This document shows, one piece after another, positions 56,495 to 64,000 of a stretch of DNA of 64,000 nt. Below the pieces are notes generated by a model. That model did no database searches, was not told the DNA's origin, and saw only the letters and a program-made list of their open reading frames with translations. The position numbers were made by a program, and so were the translations under genes. Where the stretch lies: positions 62,001 through 126,000 of IMG/VR virus record IMGVR_UViG_3300045974_000132. One strand, given 5' to 3'. The number at the start of each line of letters is the position of its first letter. The first letter of the stretch is position 1.

Positions 56495-57668
56495 TTAGCG
56501 CACCTATTTTCGTTCTAAGTTTTAGCGCAGATAGCTCAAACCAGTTCTTAGGAACTCTTAGCCGTCGGCCATCCTTTGCCATAACCATTAAAATAAAGTC
56601 ATAGCCTTGCTCAATAGTTGCTTTTGCTTTAGCACAATTTCGTAAAAAGGTATCAGAACTTCTTCCTAATAGCGTCCAGATACTCTTTACCTCAATTATC
56701 CTATTCTTAGACGTATGATAAAAGTCAGGAATGTATAACTTAGGCTGCGCTTTATACTTATACGAAATTGTAGGCTTGCCTTCCTTAGCAAGGACTGCGA
56801 TCTTATCCATATTACAGCCCTTAGTCTCTAGCCATCTTAAAGCAGAAGGCTCAAAGCCTTGTACTGTAACATTACGTCCGTTTATTTCTATTTCTTTCCT
56901 ATTAAAAGAAGATTTAAGTCTTTTATCAGAAGCACAAGACCCAGGACAACCCGTACCTAAGTCTCGAATAGCTCGAGGTTGTGCTTTCCAATGATGATCG
57001 CACGTAAGACAGTGGTGATTAGCAGGCTTGCTGATATGTAAGTAGTTAGTGCATTCTATATTTAAGGAGCTTAATAGGGATATATACTCTTCCCGTACAG
57101 AATCCTTTTTGCAGTATTCACAGTCTAAGCTTCTACCTGACAATAAAGCTTGGGTAATCTTCTTAAAGCTACGCTTGCATACCTTGCACTTATAGGTATT
57201 ATGTACTCTACCTTTTTGAAAGTCAGTGCATCTTATACCCAAATCGGCAATTTCAATATTGTGGGATTTTAAAGTCCTCGTCGTAACTTTACTACTACAC
57301 GCAGGGCAGTTTACACTGCGCTCTGTTATAAAAGCTAAAGGCTTGCGAAGGAATATAGCATTGCACTTTAAGCACTCATGCTCTGCACTTGTAGCCGTGT
57401 TTATATAAGAAGAAGCTTTAACTTTGAATTTGCGTAGTTCTTCATTATAGGAAGTTAAATTACGAGAGCTGGGTGATTTAGTACAGAAAGGGCAGGAAGC
57501 TCTACCTCGTATAACGGTACTAGGTAGTCTATCAAATGTATTATTACATATAGAGCAAGTATGTGGAATAAGTACATTTGTAGTGATGAAAGTTTCACAT
57601 TTTAATTTATGAGCCTTTAATAGTTTATTGTAGCTTTCTGTAGACCATACGACTCTAGGTTTTCTCAC
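56481..57668 (-). mobile_element. homing endonuclease-like protein: Zn-ribbon repeats plus PD-(D/E)XK domain (paralogue of 32318-33703)
   Basis: Four H/Y.C..C...CP.C repeats; YIPDFY...IIEVKS; AKAKA...GY.F...PKNW shared with 32318; AT-rich. Confidence 0.75.
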
Positions 57669-58447
57669 CGGGCCGATCTCCGTTTAACTGCAACGGGCAT
57701 AGAATCATTACGTGAGCCGGGCTTATCAGTCTTCTTGTCATCTACTGTATGGACAGTCGTCTTTCTTTGCTGCCCAGAATAGACAACCGCTTGAAGCTCT
57801 TGCTGTAGGGTCTGCTTAGCCTGCAACTTGTTAGTTTCTATCAGAGTAGTCATTGACTGATTAGCCAAGGCATCTGAGAAGGTACGCATGAAGCGCTGTT
57901 TCAAACTCTTTGGGAGCTTACTCTTCTTGATATAGAAAAAGATAACGTTTAGGTAGCCGATGTGCTTAATTGCTTCGCCTAAGCCCTGGTCAAAGTCCAT
58001 TTCAATGTTAAGCCCATCGCGCATAGCAGCGCGGGCATAACTAGTGCCTGTCTCATAAGACAGCATCAATGGAATTAGAGTTTCAAGTAACAGCGCATTA
58101 ACTTGTGCCGTATTGTGATCTACACCGCGGGCAATCTTTCTTAATAAGGACTCAGGTACTGATACCACATTAGCAACATCCAACCCTTCACCTTCTTCAG
58201 GCATACGAGGAGTTTGAATCTGCATGTTGGGCAGTACACGCGGTCGACGAGGCTCTATTTTCTTAGGCTTACGCAAAGCCTGAACAGCAGCATCATCTGC
58301 TTCTTTTTGTGCACGGTCTAGGTGGTTATCAAGAACACCGAACACTCCTTCAGGCAGGCCGTCTCCTACGAGTTCGTCTACTAGGCCTTCTAGCTCTTCG
58401 GGATTGAGTTTTAGAGGCTTTCTTTTCTTTTTCTTGTCTGTATACAT
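57665..58447 (-). CDS. hypothetical protein (small-terminase position, unverified)
   Basis: 260-aa ORF upstream of terL, separated from it by the endonuclease. Confidence 0.55.
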   Translation of the reverse strand: MYTDKKKKRKPLKLNPEELEGLVDELVGDGLPEGVFGVLDNHLDRAQKEADDAAVQALRKPKKIEPRRPRVLPNMQIQTPRMPEEGEGLDVANVVSVPESLLRKIARGVDHNTAQVNALLLETLIPLMLSYETGTSYARAAMRDGLNIEMDFDQGLGEAIKHIGYLNVIFFYIKKSKLPKSLKQRFMRTFSDALANQSMTTLIETNKLQAKQTLQQELQAVVYSGQQRKTTVHTVDDKKTDKPGSRNDSMPVAVKRRSAR

Positions 58448-58943
58448 TTTGATCTTCCTCTGTTAAAAACACACGTTCTCTACGCCCAGTGCGCTTGCTG
58501 TACTCACCGCCACGCCACGCCATTCTAGTTACAACCAACTTCTTCGTAGCGCCCTTCATAGGTCTACGTTTGCAAGGAAGCTTAACTCTAAGCCAACCCT
58601 CTTTAGGACAAAGCACCAATACGCCAGCACCCGCGATAAGCAGATCATCGCGTATTCGAGGCTTTAACTTTTCCCATACAGCTTCTGGAAAAATGAAGAA
58701 AAAGCGATTACAATAGGGCATGTACCCACGCCACTTACTGTCTGTCATGAAATCAGCTACCGACGACTTTACCTCAGCAATCACTATCTCTGACTTCAAA
58801 TTGACTGCAAGTATGTCCGCACGAAGCTTACCCCATGGGCAAACTCCCAATTCCGAAAAGCAGGAAAAGCCGGTCTTCAACAGGTAGCTGAAGCCGGCTT
58901 TCTTTAAGGAATCTGCGATAAATTTTCGTGAGACTTTTTCCAT
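58350..58943 (-). CDS. MmcB-family PD-(D/E)XK nuclease
   Basis: RADILAV...IAEVKSSVADFMTDSKWRGYMPYCNRFFF. Confidence 0.85.
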   Translation of the reverse strand: MEKVSRKFIADSLKKAGFSYLLKTGFSCFSELGVCPWGKLRADILAVNLKSEIVIAEVKSSVADFMTDSKWRGYMPYCNRFFFIFPEAVWEKLKPRIRDDLLIAGAGVLVLCPKEGWLRVKLPCKRRPMKGATKKLVVTRMAWRGGEYSKRTGRRERVFLTEEDQNVYRQEKEKKASKTQSRRARRPSRRTRRRRPA

Positions 58944-58984
58944 GACATTCTTTTATGTGTTTTTACATACCGTTAAATTATTAA

Positions 58985-59464
58985 TTACAAATTACTGGGA
59001 TGAAGAGACATTGTATAAGCATGCCCTAGTAAATCAGCTACCTTGAATCCAAATTTTTCATAACGAGCTTTGTGGGTAGTAGATACGAGCAAACGAGCAC
59101 TAGGGTTGTATTCCTTAATGTAGTCTATACGAGCATCAATCAAAGCAGAACCTATTCCTTGATTTCTATACTCGCTATTAACCGCAGCCAAGAACAGCGT
59201 GTAGGTATTCAAGGCCCAGTCAACTTCTTTAAGACCTGCTACTCCTATTACATTACCTTCAGACTGTGCTATGAAAAATACAGAATGTGGAAATGTCTCT
59301 TTGTAGGAATGGAGGACTTCATACAGAATACGATCATACCCATAGCGTCTTTGAACAACGTCCTCGAATTCAGGCCCTTTAAACTTTTCAACAAAGGTGT
59401 TATGAAGGAGCATTGCCGCCCCTTCAGCTTTTGAAATAGGTAGCCTCTCGATAGTGTAGTCCAT
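58985..59464 (-). CDS. GNAT acetyltransferase
   Basis: AVNSEYRNQGIGSALI, YEKFGF; probable start MDYTIE at 59464. Confidence 0.85.
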   Translation of the reverse strand: MDYTIERLPISKAEGAAMLLHNTFVEKFKGPEFEDVVQRRYGYDRILYEVLHSYKETFPHSVFFIAQSEGNVIGVAGLKEVDWALNTYTLFLAAVNSEYRNQGIGSALIDARIDYIKEYNPSARLLVSTTHKARYEKFGFKVADLLGHAYTMSLHPSNL

Positions 59465-59484
59465 TTTAATCCTTTGAGGTTGTA

Positions 59485-59757
59485 CTACTTGCCCATCATC
59501 CATTCCCACAATAGCATATAACAAGCTATTACTATGCTAACTGCAAACCAAACAGCAATGCCTACTAAAAACCAACGCCCAGCAATTACAAGTTGGTACG
59601 CTATAGCTGGGCCAGGGATATTAGCAGGAACTTCAATGCTAGATATGCTATAAGTGAGGATTAACACTACCTCTATCACTATCGTCCAACGATTGACACG
59701 CTTTTGGTACAACGCATGATTCCAATGATCGGGATTGTCGATTTTATCTTTTAACAT
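59485..59757 (-). CDS. hypothetical membrane protein (2 TM)
   Basis: Two hydrophobic segments; GGAG RBS. Confidence 0.6.
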   Translation of the reverse strand: MLKDKIDNPDHWNHALYQKRVNRWTIVIEVVLILTYSISSIEVPANIPGPAIAYQLVIAGRWFLVGIAVWFAVSIVIACYMLLWEWMMGK

Positions 59758-59784
59758 TAGTGTTACTCCACTCTAACTAACTAG

Positions 59785-60063
59785 TCACTTACGGTCTTCA
59801 TATAAATTATGAATGCCTAGGACGGTACCGCTGATAAGAAAAACAGTTAAGGTAATTTTAAAAAATTGCCAGACGGTATTAAATAATACTACGTTGAGTA
59901 AATCATCCTCTGTGTATTGAGCAACATCCTCTACTGCTATAAGTATAGAGGTGATTAAAATAATAATCAGTAGTACCGCTAAGGCAAACTTGCGAAGGTA
60001 GTGCTCTTCAGACCGACTCCTGGAGCTGCTGAGGTAGAAATTCATTTTTCTTCTTTCTATCAA
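59785..60063 (-). CDS. hypothetical membrane protein (2 TM)
   Basis: Two hydrophobic segments; start may be 60045. Confidence 0.55.
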   Translation of the reverse strand: MIERRKMNFYLSSSRSRSEEHYLRKFALAVLLIIILITSILIAVEDVAQYTEDDLLNVVLFNTVWQFFKITLTVFLISGTVLGIHNLYEDRK

Positions 60064-60316
60064 GAGGCTTGATGTGTTTGCTTACATAGACGAAAGCTGC
60101 CCGTTTAGCAGTGTTTGCATCTTTGAAGCCGGGCAGGTCATCCCTAGTTCTATTATATGGAATCTGGTGAGCAGTGTTACCAGCATTGTATCCCCAACCG
60201 CCTGATTGATTACGCATTACAGAAGCAGCATGTTCATGATCGAGCATCAACCTTTGCTCATCCCAGTTCGTATCACCCTTGACCCAACGAGGCTGCATTG
60301 CTGCCCTAGCTCCCAT
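60008..60316 (-). CDS. hypothetical protein
   Basis: Probable start MGARAAMQP at 60316 with AGGTG RBS. Confidence 0.55.
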   Translation of the reverse strand: MGARAAMQPRWVKGDTNWDEQRLMLDHEHAASVMRNQSGGWGYNAGNTAHQIPYNRTRDDLPGFKDANTAKRAAFVYVSKHIKPLDRKKKNEFLPQQLQESV

Positions 60317-60728
60317 TTTCGTCACCTGTATTGTATGCAACAAACCACAGTGGGAAACCTGTTGCTTGATTGCAGCACTGCATAACATACACTACTTTCA
60401 AGTTAGGCTTCTCAAAGTAATCTTTGATGAAAGCTTCGATCTTGTCCTTATCCGAAGCATACCAGTACTGCCCTTTTAGGCCATGCTTCTTCCAAAGCTC
60501 GTCAAACTTCTTGTAGTTCCACTGCATCATGCGGTCACTATAAGCAGACGCATTCATTTGGTCATTGGGCAGATTACGCCAAAGAATGTAGCTATCGTAG
60601 CTGTAAGGATGCGTAGAAGGAGTACGCTCAATAATCTGGTTATGCTCATCCATGTAAAAGCCATAGATGTAACTACCTTCTACTTGCGGTACAAGATCAC
60701 CGTTTATATTCTGTTGCATTCTGTTCAA
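60306..60728 (-). CDS. hypothetical protein
   Basis: Aromatic-rich ORF (THPYSYD, YSDRM, CNQATGFPLW). Confidence 0.65.
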   Translation of the reverse strand: MNRMQQNINGDLVPQVEGSYIYGFYMDEHNQIIERTPSTHPYSYDSYILWRNLPNDQMNASAYSDRMMQWNYKKFDELWKKHGLKGQYWYASDKDKIEAFIKDYFEKPNLKVVYVMQCCNQATGFPLWFVAYNTGDENGS

Positions 60729-61056
60729 TCCTTTTCTTACGCTTTGATTCAGACCGTTTTGCTATCAACAAGTAAGACTCTTCCATTGGCTTACCCATGA
60801 AATAAATCTCTTTGTAGTCTTCAATTTCAAGGTAGTCTTTGTAGCCGTAAAATAAACCAACTACAACATCTTCACACCACTTACGGAAGTCTGGGTAGTC
60901 CTCCCGATAAGGTTTCATTTCAGCATTGAATTGTGTAGCAGACATTTGCCAAAGCTTGCCGTCTTCATCTTGGCATACTACCCTACAGGAAGCAGCGATC
61001 TTACTGGCCTTAGCATCTACGATTTTTACCGGAGCAACTAAGCCTTTTGGTTTCAC
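60697..61056 (-). CDS. hypothetical protein
   Basis: Overlapping-gene cluster. Confidence 0.6.
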   Translation of the reverse strand: MKPKGLVAPVKIVDAKASKIAASCRVVCQDEDGKLWQMSATQFNAEMKPYREDYPDFRKWCEDVVVGLFYGYKDYLEIEDYKEIYFMGKPMEESYLLIAKRSESKRKKRIEQNATEYKR

Positions 61057-61289
61057 GGAGCAACCTCGATAGGGACTGACGCATACACGGTACGATCAGA
61101 AACAAGTTCCACCCATTGAACATCTTCGGTTTCATAGCGTTCGTCTTCACCGGGTAGGCCGAAAGCAGCTAACGGGTTTTCAAAAGCAACTGTCTTTGCA
61201 GTAAGTTCCTTGATACAAACTTTGGATACTTTCTTTTGACCGGGTAGTTTAACAAACCAATTTTCACCAGTTGTAATCATTTGTTTCAT
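61053..61289 (-). CDS. small hypothetical protein (SH3-like beta pattern)
   Basis: 4-nt stop/start overlaps on both sides. Confidence 0.6.
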   Translation of the reverse strand: MKQMITTGENWFVKLPGQKKVSKVCIKELTAKTVAFENPLAAFGLPGEDERYETEDVQWVELVSDRTVYASVPIEVAP

Positions 61290-61474
61290 TTTATTTCCTT
61301 ATCAGCTACAATATGGAACACATTCATATCGACAGTGTAGTCACCGTTCGACTTTGGGCCAGAGCGCAACACCTTAGTGTAGCCGTTATCATAAACGTAA
61401 TTGACAGCTTCTACACGTTTGTCCATTGGGCAGGTAACAGTGATACGCTCAATCTTTGTAAGTTTGATGTCCAT
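61286..61474 (-). CDS. small hypothetical protein
   Basis: Translationally coupled on both sides. Confidence 0.6.
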   Translation of the reverse strand: MDIKLTKIERITVTCPMDKRVEAVNYVYDNGYTKVLRSGPKSNGDYTVDMNVFHIVADKEIK

Positions 61475-61725
61475 TAGAAGCCCTCTTTGGTCAAAGTTTC
61501 AGCAATGATTTGGGCAATGCGATAAGACTGAGCATCTTCAACATGGTCATGCTCTTCAGCAGGTGTCCAATCGTTCTGCTTGATTTCACGTTCAGAAGCA
61601 AAGGGCTCAGCAAAGTGATCGGGAAACCAAACAGTGATTTCATCGGTATCACGAGGGCACGTAGGATTCTTGATCTTGATCTTTGTGCCGTAATACTTAC
61701 CTTCGAGCGGAAGAATCTCAGCCAT
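61474..61725 (-). CDS. small hypothetical protein
   Basis: TAATG coupling on both sides. Confidence 0.6.
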   Translation of the reverse strand: MAEILPLEGKYYGTKIKIKNPTCPRDTDEITVWFPDHFAEPFASEREIKQNDWTPAEEHDHVEDAQSYRIAQIIAETLTKEGF

Positions 61726-62195
61726 TATGTTGTCCGTTCAATCTGTTTTGAGTACAGTAGAGCATCGACACCTAAACGCTTAACTAGTATAAAGCCTCTG
61801 CGTTTGTAGAACTTCAAAGCACGCTCATTGTTTCGATGCACTGCCAGCGATAAGGTTTTACACTTCAGGGCTTTGGCTTGCTTCACCGCTTGAGCAAACA
61901 GCCTGTCTGCACCTCCCTTACCCTTTTCAGAGTCAAGCACGCTTATCAGGTCGATGTACATGTCTTCAGGCTCATTCGGATCAAGGACAAGCTGCCCAAC
62001 AATTTCCCCATCACGCATTAGAAGGGTGAAGTTATCCCCCTGTTCAACCCACTCAGATGCCTCTCTGAGGTTCATTCGATTAACGTTATTAGACTCTTCA
62101 TGAGAACGTTGGCGAAAAGCAACCAAGTCTTCAGGTGTCACCTTAGACACAGGCACAATGCTCAAAGAGCCGGCCAAACTTATACTAAATTCCAT
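61725..62195 (-). CDS. GNAT acetyltransferase with S-x-S-like leader
   Basis: ISVLDSEKGKGGA, LAVHRNNERALKFYKRRGF; starts MEFSISLAGS. Confidence 0.85.
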   Translation of the reverse strand: MEFSISLAGSLSIVPVSKVTPEDLVAFRQRSHEESNNVNRMNLREASEWVEQGDNFTLLMRDGEIVGQLVLDPNEPEDMYIDLISVLDSEKGKGGADRLFAQAVKQAKALKCKTLSLAVHRNNERALKFYKRRGFILVKRLGVDALLYSKQIERTT

Positions 62196-62199
62196 ATGC

Positions 62200-62460
62200 C
62201 TACCTCAGTAGGTTGTCGAGTTCGTCAACGTGTTTAACTACATCAGCAAACCCATAAGCAGCAGGCTGTCTGTATGCAGCAACAACAAGGCGTGCCGTTA
62301 CTTTCAAGGAAATGTAGTGATTGCGATCAGCACACCCCGCGAGTTCCCATCGACTAAATCCGTGTAGCTTAAACCAGCTGCCAACCTTCTCAGCAGCTTC
62401 AATAATGTCAGCGGGCACTTCAGGAATTATTACCGCAATAGGCTCAGACATTTTTGTCAC
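62200..62460 (-). CDS. hypothetical protein
   Basis: ORF in the cluster. Confidence 0.55.
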   Translation of the reverse strand: MTKMSEPIAVIIPEVPADIIEAAEKVGSWFKLHGFSRWELAGCADRNHYISLKVTARLVVAAYRQPAAYGFADVVKHVDELDNLLR

Positions 62461-62833
62461 CTAGCCCTTCCTCACATTGAAACGCATCCTTGAGAGCTAG
62501 TTGATACTCACTAGCAGCAACCTCTCGCATGAAGGTATCTCGTATTTCAGGTTGCACGCCTTCACAATCAGGACTAGTTAGGCGCATTGCTGCCCAGTCG
62601 GTCTTGAAATTGACTGTAGTAAGATGCTCTGACAGAGTAGGGTGTTCTGCCCGAGACTTGATAATACGCATCGTCACAACACCGTTAGGCTCAATTTTAG
62701 TTGCACCTAAGGATTTCAGTAGCTCTGAGTAGGGCCGATCAACAGGCTTTGTACTAAGGATATACGGAGGATACCTTTTAGAGATATCCTGTAGTTCTTG
62801 AAACAGCTTTTCAATATCTTCATTCTCAGACAT
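62444..62833 (-). CDS. hypothetical protein
   Basis: GAGGTG RBS. Confidence 0.6.
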   Translation of the reverse strand: MSENEDIEKLFQELQDISKRYPPYILSTKPVDRPYSELLKSLGATKIEPNGVVTMRIIKSRAEHPTLSEHLTTVNFKTDWAAMRLTSPDCEGVQPEIRDTFMREVAASEYQLALKDAFQCEEGLGDKNV

Positions 62834-62875
62834 GAAATCACCTCAACGTTTTGTATTATGTTATCAAACGTAGGT

Positions 62876-62909
62876 AGAGGGTTGGCACCTACTAAGATAC
62901 CAACCCTCT
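62876..62909 (-). terminator. stem-loop after the helicase gene
   Basis: AGAGGGTTGG/CCAACCCTCT 10-bp stem; no clear U-tract. Confidence 0.45.
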
Positions 62910-62916
62910 GTGCCCA

Positions 62917-64000
62917 TTACTTTTGCCCTGCTTCGTAATCTACTTCAACTTCATCATCGTTTAGGTTTAGATCATGCTCACCTTTACTGCGTGAAGAAGT
63001 ACGCTTGCTACCATTGCTTACGTTAACTTCGCCACCTTCTTTTGATGAACCGTCTACTGCTTCTTCTCCGTCCATGTTCTCGACAGACATAACTTCAAAC
63101 AGCTCCTTCAATTCAAACGGGAACAGTTCTTGGTCACGCGCCTTCAACTGGCGAATCGGAAGTACCTTGCTCTCACGCTGTTCGGGCTTGTAGTAGTTCC
63201 AAGTCCAGGCTGCGTCAGCATGTTCAAGCATACCCTTAGAGTACCGAATGCGATCATCATCACTGTCAAGCTGGGCAAGAAGAATAACAAGACAATTATT
63301 CTCACCACTAAACAACTTGCATTGTCGCACGACAGCAGATAGTGCCTTCCACTGATCCTTTTCATCTATACCGTCCAGTAGTGAAATGTAGTCAATGCCT
63401 ATTACTTTGTAACCATAAGGCTTGACCAGCGTTAGCAACTGCGTAATGTTGACACCGCGCTTCGGGCAGATGAAAGAGTATTGAGCATCATACTTCTCAC
63501 CATACCGATGTAACTTACGCCAAGCGCGTTTAGCTTCTGCCCGTTCTTCGTCTGACAAGGCTTTCTTAACGAATTTCCAATACGGAATCTTCGTCAAGCT
63601 GGACAATAAGCGGCGTGTAATCTTACGCTCATTCATTTCAAGCGAAACATTCGCTACGCTGATCTTGTTGATCCTATACATATTGGTCAACATGTTCATC
63701 AATAGCGTGGACTTACCACCAGAAGTAGTTGCTGCTAACAGCATTACACCCTCTGAAGGAACACCACCATTCTTTTCATCAATGTCTTTGAAGCCGCACT
63801 TGAGTAGGGCTTCATCTTCCATACTTAAAGCATCATCAACTAGGTCTATAGCATTCGCGTCACGACCGATTGAATGCACAAGATTACCTAGTTCATGCCT
63901 AGATCGAGTTGTCGTAAGGACGTTTGTAACCTCGTCTAGTAAGTCATCTACTTCTACCTCCGGCTTTTTAAGTTCATCAATGATGTCCTTGGCCATGTAA
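62917..64000 (-). CDS. DnaB-like replicative helicase, probably 5'-truncated by the window
   Basis: GFKDIDEKNGG, Walker A AATTSGGKS, SLEM, IDYISL, LAQL, EHAD, KARD. Confidence 0.88.
   Translation of the reverse strand, partial: YMAKDIIDELKKPEVEVDDLLDEVTNVLTTTRSRHELGNLVHSIGRDANAIDLVDDALSMEDEALLKCGFKDIDEKNGGVPSEGVMLLAATTSGGKSTLLMNMLTNMYRINKISVANVSLEMNERKITRRLLSSLTKIPYWKFVKKALSDEERAEAKRAWRKLHRYGEKYDAQYSFICPKRGVNITQLLTLVKPYGYKVIGIDYISLLDGIDEKDQWKALSAVVRQCKLFSGENNCLVILLAQLDSDDDRIRYSKGMLEHADAAWTWNYYKPEQRESKVLPIRQLKARDQELFPFELKELFEVMSVENMDGEEAVDGSSKEGGEVNVSNGSKRTSSRSKGEHDLNLNDDEVEVDYEAGQK

Noticed and set aside
58350-58447. 98-nt overlap between the MmcB-like gene and the next gene as a frameshift fusion
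   Set aside because: The downstream gene has its own GAGGA RBS and ATG; the Arg-rich tail looks like simple stop-codon drift.
1-64000. Stop-codon recoding, tRNA genes, CRISPR array, DGR
   Set aside because: Genes tile densely in the standard code and end in TAA, TAG and TGA. No cloverleaf, repeat-spacer array, reverse transcriptase or TR/VR pair was seen by eye; tRNAscan-SE and a self dot-plot would confirm.

Overview
A 64 kb piece of a large lytic myovirus (jumbo-phage-type) genome in the standard genetic code, with almost all genes on the minus strand. Read in transcription order (right to left): DnaB-like helicase (cut by the window edge); small hypotheticals and two GNAT acetyltransferases; MmcB-like nuclease; terminase; portal; a block of probable virion or internal proteins with NAD-dependent ligase, SprT protease and topoisomerase IB; an output-less 4xPAS protein with a membrane partner; prohead protease, scaffold, decoration and major capsid proteins; sheath, two tube-like proteins, tail chaperone, tape-measure/lysin, hub, gp5-like spike with an M15 peptidase, PAAR and wedge proteins; fibre genes interleaved with a U32-family Fe-S protein and a glycosyltransferase; a holin and signal-peptide endolysin; Acb2; an ART-fold protein; and a Lys-rich protein (cut by the edge). 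Four free-standing homing-endonuclease-like genes flank core genes. From memory, unverified by search, the gene set resembles the Lu11/PaBG/RSL1/Y3 group. Main observations: (1) about ten unrelated proteins share an N-terminal leader M-[EKNQT]-hydrophobic(1-4)-S-[IVLT]-S, and the same S-x-S signature recurs in head proteins, suggesting a capsid-targeting/maturation tag for an injected effector set; (2) a recurring intergenic TAATTT motif that follows gene orientation (candidate late promoter); (3) the membrane protein + PAS-only module; (4) two Acb1 and one Acb2 anti-CBASS genes; (5) a possible fibre-modification cassette; (6) a P2-like T6 frameshift in the tail chaperone. All family calls are motif recognition by eye, not database hits.
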